Source: Callorhinchus milii (lineage: Eukaryota). From it: a stretch of DNA of 64,000 nucleotides. Of this stretch, positions 11,581 through 22,513 are shown piece after piece. The notes beneath the pieces were generated by a model. It was not told the DNA's origin, ran no database searches, and worked only from the letters and a program-made list of their open reading frames with translations. A program made the position numbers and the translations under genes. The stretch lies in the NCBI RefSeq assembly GCF_018977255.1, contig NW_024704742.1, positions 3,660,001-3,724,000 of the forward strand. The letters are read 5' to 3'. Each line of letters begins with the position of its first letter. Position 1 is the stretch's first letter.

Positions 11581-11674
11581 TTAAATGACGTTAAGAACGC
11601 GAGCAGAAACGCCATGGTGCCAGTCACGCAACTCTGCATACTTTGGGCTGTACCGGAAGGTGGTACCCTTGTGC
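11581..11674 (-). CDS. PDLIM5: Coding part of the alternative terminal exon of the short LIM-less (ENH2/3/4-type) isoform, HKGTTFRYSPKYAELRDWHHGVSARVLNVI*
   Basis: Strong acceptor cttttctgtgtcgctttcatccgcag, phase-2 start, TAA at 11581-11583. SPKY..LRDWHH.VSAR.LNV is the C-terminus of Enigma-family short isoforms. Confidence 0.92.
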
Positions 11675-12309
11675 CTGCGGATGAAAGCGACACAGAAAAG
11701 GGAGAGGGGAGAGAGAAAAGAGAAGCAGAAGACAATGGTTAGAATGTGCGTCGGCGCACTGAGCAGTACTGTACTTGATCACAGAGTTCGAGAAGAGCAG
11801 CATTCAGGCAATTCAAGTGCAGTGGGATCATAAATTCCATTAAGGGTTACATGCTTGTGAGGCAAAGCAAGGCATCAGCCAGAATTTGACAGAATTTCTC
11901 CTGGTTGCCTGACCGACAATCCCCCAGATAAAATGAAGGCATTCACTTCAATGACTGGTTGCAGAACGCTGCTGTGTTTACGGCGACGGTCGAGTTTGCC
12001 GGCAAAATACACAGTCACTACACTTTACAGTGTATCCGGTAAAGTACTTTGAGACGTCCTCCCGACGTGAAACATTAAGAATTATTTTTATTATATATTG
12101 TTTTCCACGCCTGGCAATTCGACGGGAAAATCCTAGGAAGTTAAACTGATTGGGGTTGTTGACTACATTCAAATAGAATTTCAGATCATTTTACAATTTA
12201 AAATTGTTGTTTCAAAAATAGGTACGACCTCAGGAAATGCAGAAACTGTGCTCAAGGAGACTGGCGACTGAAGGCTCCACTGCCACTAAGTTACACCAAA
12301 CGTGTAAAT

Positions 12310-12673
12310 TATAATAATAATCCTTGCATTGGATATAGCGTATTAGCTTGTCTTCACAACGTCTCAAAGCGCTTCACAGAATATCCTGTAAAGTGAACTG
12401 ATTGTGTATTACGTGGGCGAAACGCAGCAACCAATTGCGCACAGCAGTGTCCCACAAACAGCCTTGGATTGAGTGACCAAATTATTTATTCATTTCTTTA
12501 TTTTAAAGGGGTTATTACACCCGGAAAAGCCATCTGCCAATCGGCTAACAACCGGGTTCCTACTTACAGCCAGATAAGCAGAGGCGGGTGGAGTAAGGAA
12601 ACTCGCCCAACATTTCACCCTGCCGGGAATCGTACCCAGGTCCTTTCGCTTGCGAGGTGAGTGCTCTAACCAC
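12310..12673 (-). mobile_element. Deu-domain SINE, subfamily B
   Basis: Diverged near-full-length copy. Confidence 0.88.
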
Positions 12674-13185
12674 ACACACTACAGGACATTACTCACCCAC
12701 CCACCCGCCTTCCACTCATCACCTCCTCACTGTAAGGTGGTTGAGTTTTGGTTCAATTCTTTCCAATCCTCGCTCGCACCACTAACTGCTGAGCAGCTGA
12801 CCCCACGCCTGCCTCGTGCTGACTCAAAGCACCACTCACTGTGAGAAATGCTTTCAAGGTTTGGAAAAGCTTCTTGAGTTTGAGTTTCAATGAACTGCGA
12901 TCAAATATTAAATAAAGGACTTGCGTGGGCATCATACCCGTATAATCAATCGATCCTCTGCAGACTGAAGGGCTGAATCGACAGTCAATCTAACACCTCT
13001 GTGCAGTGCACAGGGAAATCCTTTATTGTTGAAGTTTCACAGAAAATTGCGTGCAAGGTTGATGCTTTCATTATATAGGACGCACACACACGCACACACA
13101 CACACACACAGCTTTCTGTACATGCTGGTAAAGATTTTTTGCGCCATTGGCTCTGGCCCTTGAATTGCTATGTCAATCACCTTAC

Positions 13186-13224
13186 GTTATCTGTGCACCG
13201 GACCCAGCTGTGTTTTCCCACTTT
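13186..13224 (-). CDS. PDLIM5: Candidate 39-nt cassette exon, (R)KWENTAGSGAQI(T)
   Basis: atgattag|...GATAAC|gtaagg, phase 2->2, no stop. The acceptor is weak and I recognise no homology. Confidence 0.35.
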
Positions 13225-15335
13225 CTAATCATTGAAGCACGCTTTGTAAAACACATCATAGGAACGAAAGCAGATACGTCCCCTGAATGAATCCTTTTTG
13301 GGGGTGGGAGAGGACGGGATGGGGGCGGGGGCAGAACGAAGGATAAAAGAGAACAGGCTTTTATTTCGGCCTCGGCGTAAATCGTTGGCATACGGGATTA
13401 GCTGTGAAAGGTTTTTTTTTTGGTCGAGCCCACGGCAGAGTTTAACGGATAAAGAGAAACGAGTTGTCACAACGCAGTCGGTCTAAACAATGGTGCGGCC
13501 GTTCGCGCGACTGAAAACGTTGGATGCAAAGCACGAGAAGGAAGCAGTGGCTTTTTTTTATTGGCTTCCAGCCTCCGATCCACTGACATCTGAGTTTCAC
13601 GGGACATCGACCAGAAGAGGACGCTGTTGTGAAGTTTCCCCCCATGACAGACCCTCTGCCAAAGCAATGCGCGTCAGTCAATAAAGTGACCGTGCGTTTG
13701 ATTCGGAGACAGTTGCTCAACGAGATCAGGGACCTTGGGGGGCCAACAGAGGGGGGGCCGAGGATTGCCCTGACTTTCGGCCACAAAACTTGATCGAACG
13801 ACGACCACACTACGTTCGCATGAGAGCACGAGGCATCTCCAGGTCACGGGCAGGAAGGCGGCGTCGATTCTCTCGCTACGCCGCTCCAAGGGAGTTACCC
13901 GCCCAGTGACTGTCAAACCCGCGCTTGTCGGGCATTAAATGATCGTTAAGCGGTGGGGGGGGGGGGGGGGAAGGGAAGTAAGGGGGATCCTCGGGAGCTG
14001 AGTTCCGCTTGTCGGAATCGAGCGAGTTCCTCTCGGAAAGTCTCGGCAGTTTGGTTCCTGCGCCAGGGTGGGGTGCATGTCACTCCAGGGCAGCGCTGAC
14101 CGTAGTCTCGCCAGCCTGCACCGTCAGCGGGACTTGGTTAAGCAGCCCGATCCCTGGGGAAAAGGATTCTGCCCACTCAGCGCCTGTTACCCATGTTAGT
14201 CCCAGCTCTAATGGGGTAAGGTTGTCCTTGCATTGAGCCGTTTCTTTTTTAAAACAAGTCCACTCTCCCGGCTTCTACCGCCCTTCCCGCCAACCTGTTC
14301 CAGTCTCTAATTGCCTTCTGCGTCAGGAAAATCCTCCTGGTGTTACGTGCGGGCGGGTGAACAACACCGGGCGGCGAATCCTGCTTAGGATTTAGTTCAA
14401 ATCATTCTACCTTTCGAAATGACCTGACGAGCAAATTCAGTGATTGTCAAACCTCACTCTTTCCGCCCCCGAAAAATGTGAAAGCGCTACTAGAGTAGAG
14501 GTGGTATAGAGTGGAGGTGGACTTCCTCCTGACGTGAAAGGCGCTACAGAAATGTAATTTGGTATTTTGTGTTGTATTGTATCCTGTAACCCAGTGGCGG
14601 ATACATCAAGAAGATGCCCCACCAAACGTTCACGCTAGACTAGGTCTATGTTAAATCAATATTTTGTTTCCAGTAGCTGCTGAGTGGCGATGTTTATGGT
14701 GTGTCCGTGAATCAAGAAACAATTCAATCAAGAAAAACGTGCGTGTTAAAAAAAAACCCTAGGAATCCTATAGCTTCCGACCCCTTTTCCAAACGCACAT
14801 TTCATGCGGACTGTGCTGAACGCTTCACGAGATTTGATCGAAATGATTATTCAGTCACCAGAGCAAACACTTGGATCCTGTTCATCCTTGAGGCTGCAGG
14901 GTTTGTATCACCGTAAACTGCAGTAGTCGTATTCACTCGGTCAGTCTTTTTGTGTCATGACATTATCAAACAAACCACCCTCCGCAATGTTAAAGGTTCA
15001 AAAGTCAGTCGAAAACATGACTCATGCAGTCACCATGCAGAATGTGGGCTCTATAAATAACTTAGAAACTGATACTGCAACGACATGTGGAGCATCAGAT
15101 ATTTTGGAGCAATAAACGTTCTAAATTAATCCTCCCAAAAAAGCCAGATAGTGTACGTGTCTGTATCGCCTTGACCTGAAGTGTGTGTCAACGGGTCACT
15201 GTAATGCATTAATAAATGTACTGCAATTCACAATTCGAAGTCAATCCAGTCCAAAACGACAGCAAAGGCAGCAAGGAATGGAAACTCAACAGCACTAAAT
15301 CAACCCGTGCAAATATATGCAACACAGTTTCTTAC

Positions 15336-15372
15336 CTCGGCTTCTTGCTACCATCGCTCTCTTCACTTTCCA
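15336..15372 (-). CDS. PDLIM5: PDLIM5 37-nt exon, (M)ESEESDGSKKP(R)
   Basis: ccttctatctcgttacag|...CCGAG|gtaaga, phase 1->2. Bridges the flanking exons in frame and corresponds to the recalled LKESEADNTKKA exon. Confidence 0.88.
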
Positions 15373-15977
15373 CTGTAACGAGATAGAAGGAACAAATAAA
15401 TGTAAGCTTGCCCTTGTTGAATTATTGATCGTGCCAGTAAAATATGAATCGATAGCGTGCAATATTGATGGACTATTCACCGGCTCCAAAAGGGTTAACC
15501 AGTTACAAGATTTACATGATAATAGTATTTGTCCTTGTTAAGCATTTAGCAGTTTTGATGTGCGCAAGAGTAGAAACAATGTGGTTCCTCCTGGGTAAAA
15601 GTGGATCGCTTATATTCCGTTGGTGCAATCCCTTATTCCAACATAAAGCACGATGCAACCCATGCAAAGGTGTGCGGGCACTTTATTGGGAAAAGTGAGC
15701 ATTCCGAGACGCTTTATGTCGGAATTGGGGATTGCACCAATTCATGAGAGTATTGGCAACGTTCTGTCAGTTGGTAGGCGCCCGAGCTGAGGGTAAGAAG
15801 CACATGAGACCATCAGTTCCAGTGAGTTCCAGTCCCACGGTGCATTCTGTTGCCCGGGGAGCCGGACAAGCAGGCTTCCCAGAAAAAATGAGATACCCGA
15901 GTCGTCGAGTGCACCAGCTCTCCTCCCCTGCTCCCCAAAAAAGCTACATAATGCGCTGAGAGAAAAGGGCACCGTTA

Positions 15978-16301
15978 TAATAATAATAATAATCCTTGCA
16001 TTTGATATAGCGCTTTTCACGTCGGGAGGACGTCCCAAAGCGCTTCACAGAACACACTATAAAGTGAATTGACTGTATATTTGTGGGCGAACGCGGCAGC
16101 CAATTGCGCACAGCAATGTCCCACAAACAGTCGTAGATTGAAAGTGACCAATTTATTATTGTTTTTGGTTTTGGAGGGATTATTATTAGGCTCTGTGTGG
16201 AGTAAGGAAACTTGCCCAAGGTCTCGCCCTCTGCCTGGAATTGAACTCGGGTCTCTCACTTGCAAAGCGAGTGCTCTAAGCACTGAGCTACAGGACTCCA
16301 C
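15978..16301 (-). mobile_element. Deu-domain SINE, subfamily A, full length
   Basis: Complete from the head gtggagtcctgtagctcagtg to the (TTA)n tail. Confidence 0.92.
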
Positions 16302-16449
16302 TGAAGTCTATGTTGGAACTAGATCAGTTCGTACAGAAGGGTATTACAGGGTATGGGAAAGAACAGGGGATGTCATTGGAGCAGCAAACACTGACGACGT
16401 CTTCACCCGTGTTGCAGATTCCCCTAGCTCTATTTTCTTTCCAAAGTCA

Positions 16450-16800
16450 CTTGGGGGCAAGGATTCTTCCCACTAATCCCCTGTTAACCCTGGAAGCCAA
16501 AGCCTGAACACGTTAGGAGAGTTCAGCGGAAAGTTTACCAGGCAATGCTCTCAATGACGAGCTCTGGTGTTTTAGCTGGTTGGACTCCAGCATGACCCCA
16601 ACGCACGCTCCGGGGCCCCCCAGCTTTGGGCTCTTGCCTCCCTGTGCCTGATCGGATTTAGGTAAGCAAGGTAGGCATCCCTGCAAGGAGAGCGTGTGCA
16701 TTCCATTTCAGACGCGAGGAAATTCTCACGCGTAGGTGACACTACGTACAAGGAGCTCAGCCCAGTTTGATGTGCTGAAGCACGGCGACGGGTTTCTGGG
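16450..16800 (-). repeat. Unclassified dispersed repeat family X
   Basis: Aligns by eye with 715-800, 28450-28635, 33240-33445, 42780-43135, 48660-48985, 50450-50590 and 58540-58660. Confidence 0.7.
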
Positions 16801-17018
16801 AATGCGTCCAGACACCCGGCTGACCGAAAGGAAAATTCTCAAAACAGAATCTCTCGGAAGACAACACGGGGTTTTATGGAATCGCGAGTTAAATATCAAT
16901 GTCAAAATTGGAATGATTTCCCCCATGCGTTCACTGGAGGCCGATTCCAAGTTTCAGCTCGAGCTACAGTTAATTTTGTGTGTTTCCAGAGTCAAAATCG
17001 CAGACAACAATTACTCAC

Positions 17019-17188
17019 TGTGTTCAGTGCCGGTCATTTGGGCAAGGATTTGGAATGAGCGGGATTGGCATGTTCCAGTCCTTGGTTGCCAGTCTTCGGT
17101 GTCCTCCATTAGGCGTTTTTTGCTTTGGTCACTCAGAATATTAGCATGGTGCACCTCGGAGATGTCAGGCCCAAACCTCCTGCCTGCT
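17019..17188 (-). CDS. PDLIM5: PDLIM5 exon [56 protein letters not shown]
   Basis: Acceptor cacatgcag, donor CA|gtgagt, 170 nt, phase 2->1. Contains the ALP/Enigma-family SKKRLxEDTEDW..RTGTxQSRSFxILAQxTGTEH block. Confidence 0.95.
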
Positions 17189-17227
17189 CTGCATGTGTGG
17201 ACACAACAAAACTTTAAATTTCAGAAG

Positions 17228-17536
17228 TAATAATAATAATAATAATCCTTGCATTTGATGCAGCGCCTTTTCCCCTCTTCTCGACGTTTCAAAGCGCTTA
17301 ACAGAACTGACTGTAAAGTGAATTGACTGTATATTTTCTGGGCGAAACGCGGCAGCCAATTGTGCACAGCAGCGTCCCCACAAATGTTCATGGAGTGAGT
17401 GACCGATTTTACTTTGGGGGGGGTGTTTGTTGCCCAGGACACCAGGAGAAACTCCCTTCTCCGTTTGATAAGTGCCCTGGGATCTTTAACATCCAACTGA
17501 ACAGGCGGTTTAGTTTAAGGTCTCATTCGAAGGACT
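17228..17536 (-). mobile_element. Older DeuSINE (SacSINE1-like body)
   Basis: gtccttcgaatgagac...ggatgttaaagatcccagggcac...cctggtgtcctgggcaac followed by the Deu core and a (TTA)n tail. Confidence 0.8.
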
Positions 17537-18679
17537 GAAGTACACAGTAAGAAAGTGAGTGAAGAAGAACATTACACTTCTTTCTTTAAACACGGTTCAA
17601 CTTCAACCTCTAGATTAATACATGGGATCTGCAATAATGGAGAAAAGACGACCGAGGTACTTTTTATAGAATCATAGTATCATACAGCAAAGAAGGAGGC
17701 CATTCAGCTCATCGTGTTTGTGTTGGCTTTTTGAAAAGAGCTATCCAATTCAATCCCACCTCTTTGCTCTCTCCCCATAGCCCTGCGACTCTCCCCCAAC
17801 CTCCCCCCAAAGAAAGCTTCCAGTCATCCTAGGACAGAGAAAGCACTTTTTGAAAGTAAGAGTTGAGAGGAGAAGGCAAACAATACCAAAATGTGAATCA
17901 TTTACATGGAGCATAAAGCAGCACAATAAACATCTGGAAATCTCACGCTTCACATTTACGTTGGCTTAGCTCACAAGAGCACCAAAGAATGTTTAAGAGG
18001 GGAAAATATTCTGATTCGTAACAGATTTAATTACTAAATAAATACGTTTAAACTATCATGTAGAAACACTGCATTCTTCCTTCCATTTTTAAATACTGGC
18101 CCTCGGGATAACCCTCTCCACAACTTTGCTAAGGTCGAATGGTTTTGTTCAAAAGCCATTCTACCTCCTGCCCACTAAGTGGACCTAAGCAGTTTCCTCA
18201 AACCCAACATCTGAGCATAGGTGAATTCTCTGGGCTCGAAGCTGGGGGAGAGGTGGGGGTGGGTTGTGGAAAGTTGGTGGGATATGCATTCTGTTGATTG
18301 AAATTAAGTCATTCTAAGGATCCTCTTCATCCATCGCCCACTTGTAATCTTGCGATATGCGAAGTCCAGATAATGAAGCTGAAGATAACGAAAATAAGAC
18401 TAAGAGCGCGGTGTGAAAGAACTAAATGCACTAATTTGTTTCTCTGTTAACCAGTGTGCAGAGAATCACTGCTAAAGTAACGACCCTGAAACCATAGCCC
18501 AATGGGAGCAAATCACACAGTCCAAGAGGAACTCAGCCGGTGGGATATTGCAGGTATCAACCTGTGCCCTACCAACTGTGCAGCACAGCGTATTGGAGTG
18601 ACTCGGGCGACTACGCGATTTAATAGAATCAAAACACTTGTGATTTGGCATTTAAAGAATAAAAGACCTGGATAATTAC

Positions 18680-18697
18680 CGTCGTGGTAGCGATCTC
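18680..18697 (-). CDS. PDLIM5: PDLIM5 18-nt microexon, RSLPR(R)
   Basis: A long AG-free pyrimidine-rich tract precedes ctttaaaag|GAGATCGCTACCACGACG|gtaatt, phase 2->2. Resembles the recalled mammalian KIPPKR microexon. Confidence 0.72.
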
Positions 18698-19214
18698 CTT
18701 TTAAAGATCCCAAGAACAGTGGTGAAGCCAGAATATTGAACGGAAGAACAAGCAGAAAGTACACAAGGAGATTGGAGATCAGAAAGACAAGGGAAAGAAA
18801 AGATTTTAAGACAACAGTTCTCTGAAGATTGTCGAGAGTAACTATGAGATTTCACACAAGGAAGCCAGGAGAACAAGCGTCTAATTAAACGGTGAGCCAA
18901 ACATCTTGGGTATAAGGACCACAAGCACTTTTAAGTTATCTTTAATTATGGCTTCCCCATTGAAAGCCGGCCTTTTGACATGTCCGTACTGATGAAAGGC
19001 TTCCTTTCACATTTCCCATTTATCTTTGTAAGAACGGACAGGACTTTTTTGTGTTGTGATTATGCTCTCGAAGCAGCTTCAAACACTTTGCAACTAGTCT
19101 TTCGAATGGAGGCTGACCATTACTGGAGTCAACTTTACTTACATGGTCTTTTCTGTGTCACGGTGACCTGAAATTATTTCCCCGAGGCCACAGAAACGTT
19201 GAAGTAATTAAATA

Positions 19215-19545
19215 ATTATAATAATAATCCTTGCAACTGATATGGCACCTTATCGTAGAGTGGAGATGTCTGAAAGCACTTCACAAGATTTTACCGTGAA
19301 ATGTAGTGACTGTGTATTTGTGGGTGAAGCTTGCAGCTGATTTGCACACAGCAATGTCTTGCAAACGCTCGTGAAGAAAATGACCAATTTTATCTGAGTC
19401 ACTGGCTAGCCCACCCGGGCAAATAGACTGTTGGGTTTGTCTACAAATACAGACTCAATCCACTTTACAGTATATCCTGTGAAGCACTTTGAGACGTCCT
19501 CCCGATGTGAAAAGTGCTGCACCAAACACAAGGATTATTATTATT
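19215..19545. mobile_element. Two inverted SINE 3' fragments (19215-19395 minus, 19440-19545 plus)
   Basis: Tail sequences in opposite orientation. Confidence 0.75.
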
Positions 19546-19746
19546 TTACCTAGCAAGTCTACCGTATAAATTTTCTCTCAGCGGCTAAAGTAAATGTTCC
19601 CTGATCTTAAAGTGAATCCTTCCTATGCAAAGGGCAACTCTCTCCACAGCACTCCATTTTAATTTCCTGCACAGGAGCCATAAGAATGTTTGCGAAAGAA
19701 CCTTTTAAAAGAAAGCTCGAGAGAAAGCAGATGACAATGCACTTAC

Positions 19747-19767
19747 CCGGAATGAAACACAGGGCCA
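19747..19767 (-). CDS. PDLIM5: PDLIM5 21-nt microexon, GPVFHS(G)
   Basis: ccttcctgtgtctgcag|TGGCCCTGTGTTTCATTCCGG|gtaagt. Consensus donor, phase 2->2, frame-preserving. Confidence 0.72.
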
Positions 19768-19966
19768 CTGCAGACACAGGAAGGCATGACACAGAGTGGT
19801 TTCGGTGATGTTAAGATTCGTGGAAAATGCATCACAGGAGAAAGCAGACGAAAGGAGGAAATGATATAAAGAGGAGACAGTGAAGGTGTAGTGGTTCAGC
19901 GACAACTATGTTTGAAACACGTGAACGCAAGGAAATTAAACATGGTACCATTTGCATCACCCTTCA

Positions 19967-20075
19967 GATCATGCTATATGTTAAGTCTTGGATCATGCTG
20001 TATGTTAAGTCTTGGATCATGCTGTATGTTAAGTCTTGGATCATGCTACATGTTAAGCCTATGTTAAGTCTTGGA
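19967..20075. repeat. 24-bp tandem repeat (gatcatgctgtatgttaagtcttg), about 4 copies
   Basis: Direct inspection. It is also visible as the repeated IMLYVKSW in ORF 19908..20090. Confidence 0.95.
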
Positions 20076-20144
20076 ATTCGGTCTATCTGAATTGCTTACT
20101 TTGAAAGGGTTCCCATTCTCACTCGTGCATTAATTGAACCAAGG

Positions 20145-20490
20145 ATCTATCTTCTAACCTTCTGGAAAGCTTTCTCTCTCTCGTCAATTTCCTTCCCTCC
20201 TCTCCTGGAAGTCTCCAACCCAGTTTCCTTCCACCAGAGGTGCAGCTCTGTGGATTTTGTTCCCCTCCTCCCCCACTTTGTCCCAAGTGGCCATCATCAC
20301 ACAGTGCCGGCAGGATACCCACTCCTCACCCGAAACCCACCCGCAGGCATCTCCAGCATCGCTGCTGTAAAACAACCAGCAACGGGAATCGTGGAGAATT
20401 TTCCCTTCCCTCAAGCTCAATAGTTCAACCCAGCTTTAGTTCAGCAAAGGCCAGGGATTGAACGAAATCAGGGAAACTTTCCCCAGTTTT
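20145..20490 (-). repeat. Old SINE-like repeat family Y
   Basis: Shares ordered motifs (gttcaatccc..gaact, ggaaaat, ttcccg, gccact(t)ggg) with 26480-27125. Confidence 0.5.
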
Positions 20491-22496
20491 TGGGCTCATC
20501 TTTTTTGTCTAATAATGCAGGGTCCGTTTAAACCTTTGCCTTGGTTTATAGACAACAGCAAACTGTTTTCACCACTGTATGGTTGAAACAATTGCTATAA
20601 CCACTCTCTTCAACCCATGTAAATTATCCTTGTTGTTTATTAAAAAAAAGCGACTCTCTTAACTCCCAACTCCATTTTAGATGCACGTTGAGCCAGGCCA
20701 AACGCCTGTGGTTTACAAGACTTTCCCCGAGAGATTATGGCATCCTTTTCTCCCTATGGGAATGTATCTGGCCTTCCATGATTACGATCAGGGAGATCAG
20801 GAGAGTCACAGTGACCACACGTGGCACAGCACATCAGAGCTCCAACAATGCATCACGTTTGAAATGGAAAGTGGAATGAGAATGGGACAGGAGACACACT
20901 GTGGCTTTAGCACTGAATACACGATGATTAAAGATCCTCCCAATGGTCTTTTTTTTTAAATACAGCTGGGAAGCATCGCAGCATTTATGGACAATACTTG
21001 CACACGTGCAATGGGATTATTATTGATTTCCGTGCGCACACAAAATCGTACCCTCGAAGCGGATGAACGGCAGGGATACAACTCTACCACTTCATTCACT
21101 ACAGTGATGGGAAATGGATCAGAGTGCATCGACTCTGGATCCGCAGGTTACAAGCGAAGAGACTGCAGTCTTCTCAAAATTATTCAGTCCTTCTTTGAAC
21201 ATTTTCATCACCTTGTGCAGCAAGTTAAAACCAAGACCACTGCTGGCATCTGAATTGTTTTGGTTAATGGCCATTTCTTCCAATGGTCAACAAGGCAGCA
21301 AAATGTTACACTTTCGATACGATCATTTTAGAGAGGGCTGAGTGGAATACCGATCGATTTAAGAGACTTGATGCAACTACTGATAGCTGTTACCAGGATA
21401 GGAACAAAAAGACGATAGGTACAGAAGGGGAGACACAGTCACAGAAAAAGTCACAGAGACTCAGTTAGGTAAAGCAAGTTTGAAAGTCAAGGACGTTGAC
21501 CCGAAGCTTCAAATTCCGCTCATCGCTTTGCTTAATATTCATTTCGGTTATTCTTAAAAAAAATCAATGTCTGAATGCATCGATTTTGTCCCCCCCACCC
21601 CCCACATTGTCTACAGTAATGCAACACACACCATCCGTTTTGAACCAGCACCCAAACCTAATGTTTGGGAATCGAAGATTCATTTCCCCTGAAACATTAT
21701 AATGTAAAATGTGATCAGTAGCCTGATACAATAATATGCTGTAACATGATATAATACAATATAATGTATATTAAAAAAAACCTGTGTTCGACTCAGTATT
21801 TCTACCGTAAGGACTAAGACTGATGAACTTACTAAAATATTAACAATCAAATTCATTCTGAGCAGTCTCCAAATATTTTAAACTAAAGAGTTTCAAAAAG
21901 GCAATAACTAAATGTTGTACGTTCTGGAACTCCATCCCAGAGGGCCTCCACCTTGCCCTCTCTCCCTCTGCTCCTCTACCCCCACCACCACCCTTCCAGA
22001 CCCTGACTGACTTAAGACCCATCTTTTTGACCACGCAATCAGAGCCACTTTCTACTCCTTCCCCAGCTCAGCTTTCTGTCGCCTACGTGAAACAGTTTGG
22101 TATGTCCTCCTGGCACGTAAGGTGCTATCGATACAAACTGGGCTGTCCAACCACTCTTAAAGAGTTGGAAATAATCTATTCTGATTCAGGAAAGATCCCG
22201 AGTCAGGGGAAACTGACTTATGAAATAAATTGATGAATCTTCACCTCAAAACGCACGCATGCATCCGTCAGTGAAGCATAAAAAGCAGGCAAGTTAATGT
22301 TGAGCTTATAAACCATCGGACATGATAACCCATCGTCATGTCCAATACATTTGCAACTTGCCCGCTACGCAGACGAGTCACAAGGGTGAAAAATGGGAAG
22401 TAACGCTCGGCTGGAGGTCACTTCTCGCACAGCAACCACGCATGTTAGTTATTGGCAAATCATGAATCAACAGTCAGCAATAATGTGGACACTAAC

Positions 22497-22513
22497 TTGG
22501 CCAACATCTGTTT
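22497..22513 (-). CDS. PDLIM5: PDLIM5 17-nt microexon, KQMLA(N)
   Basis: ctcttttctttgcag|AAACAGATGTTGGCCAA|gttagt, phase 0->2. Positional and length equivalent of the recalled mammalian KTQVTN microexon. Confidence 0.7.

Noticed and set aside
17019..17188. Identity as PDLIM7 or LDB3
   Set aside because: EPKEV, QGDxKQQNG, TGTEH, the exon sizes and the long-variant cassettes fit PDLIM5 better. A phylogeny would be decisive.
20145..20490. LF-SINE assignment for family Y
   Set aside because: It does not match the LF-SINE consensus as I recall it, so it is left unclassified.
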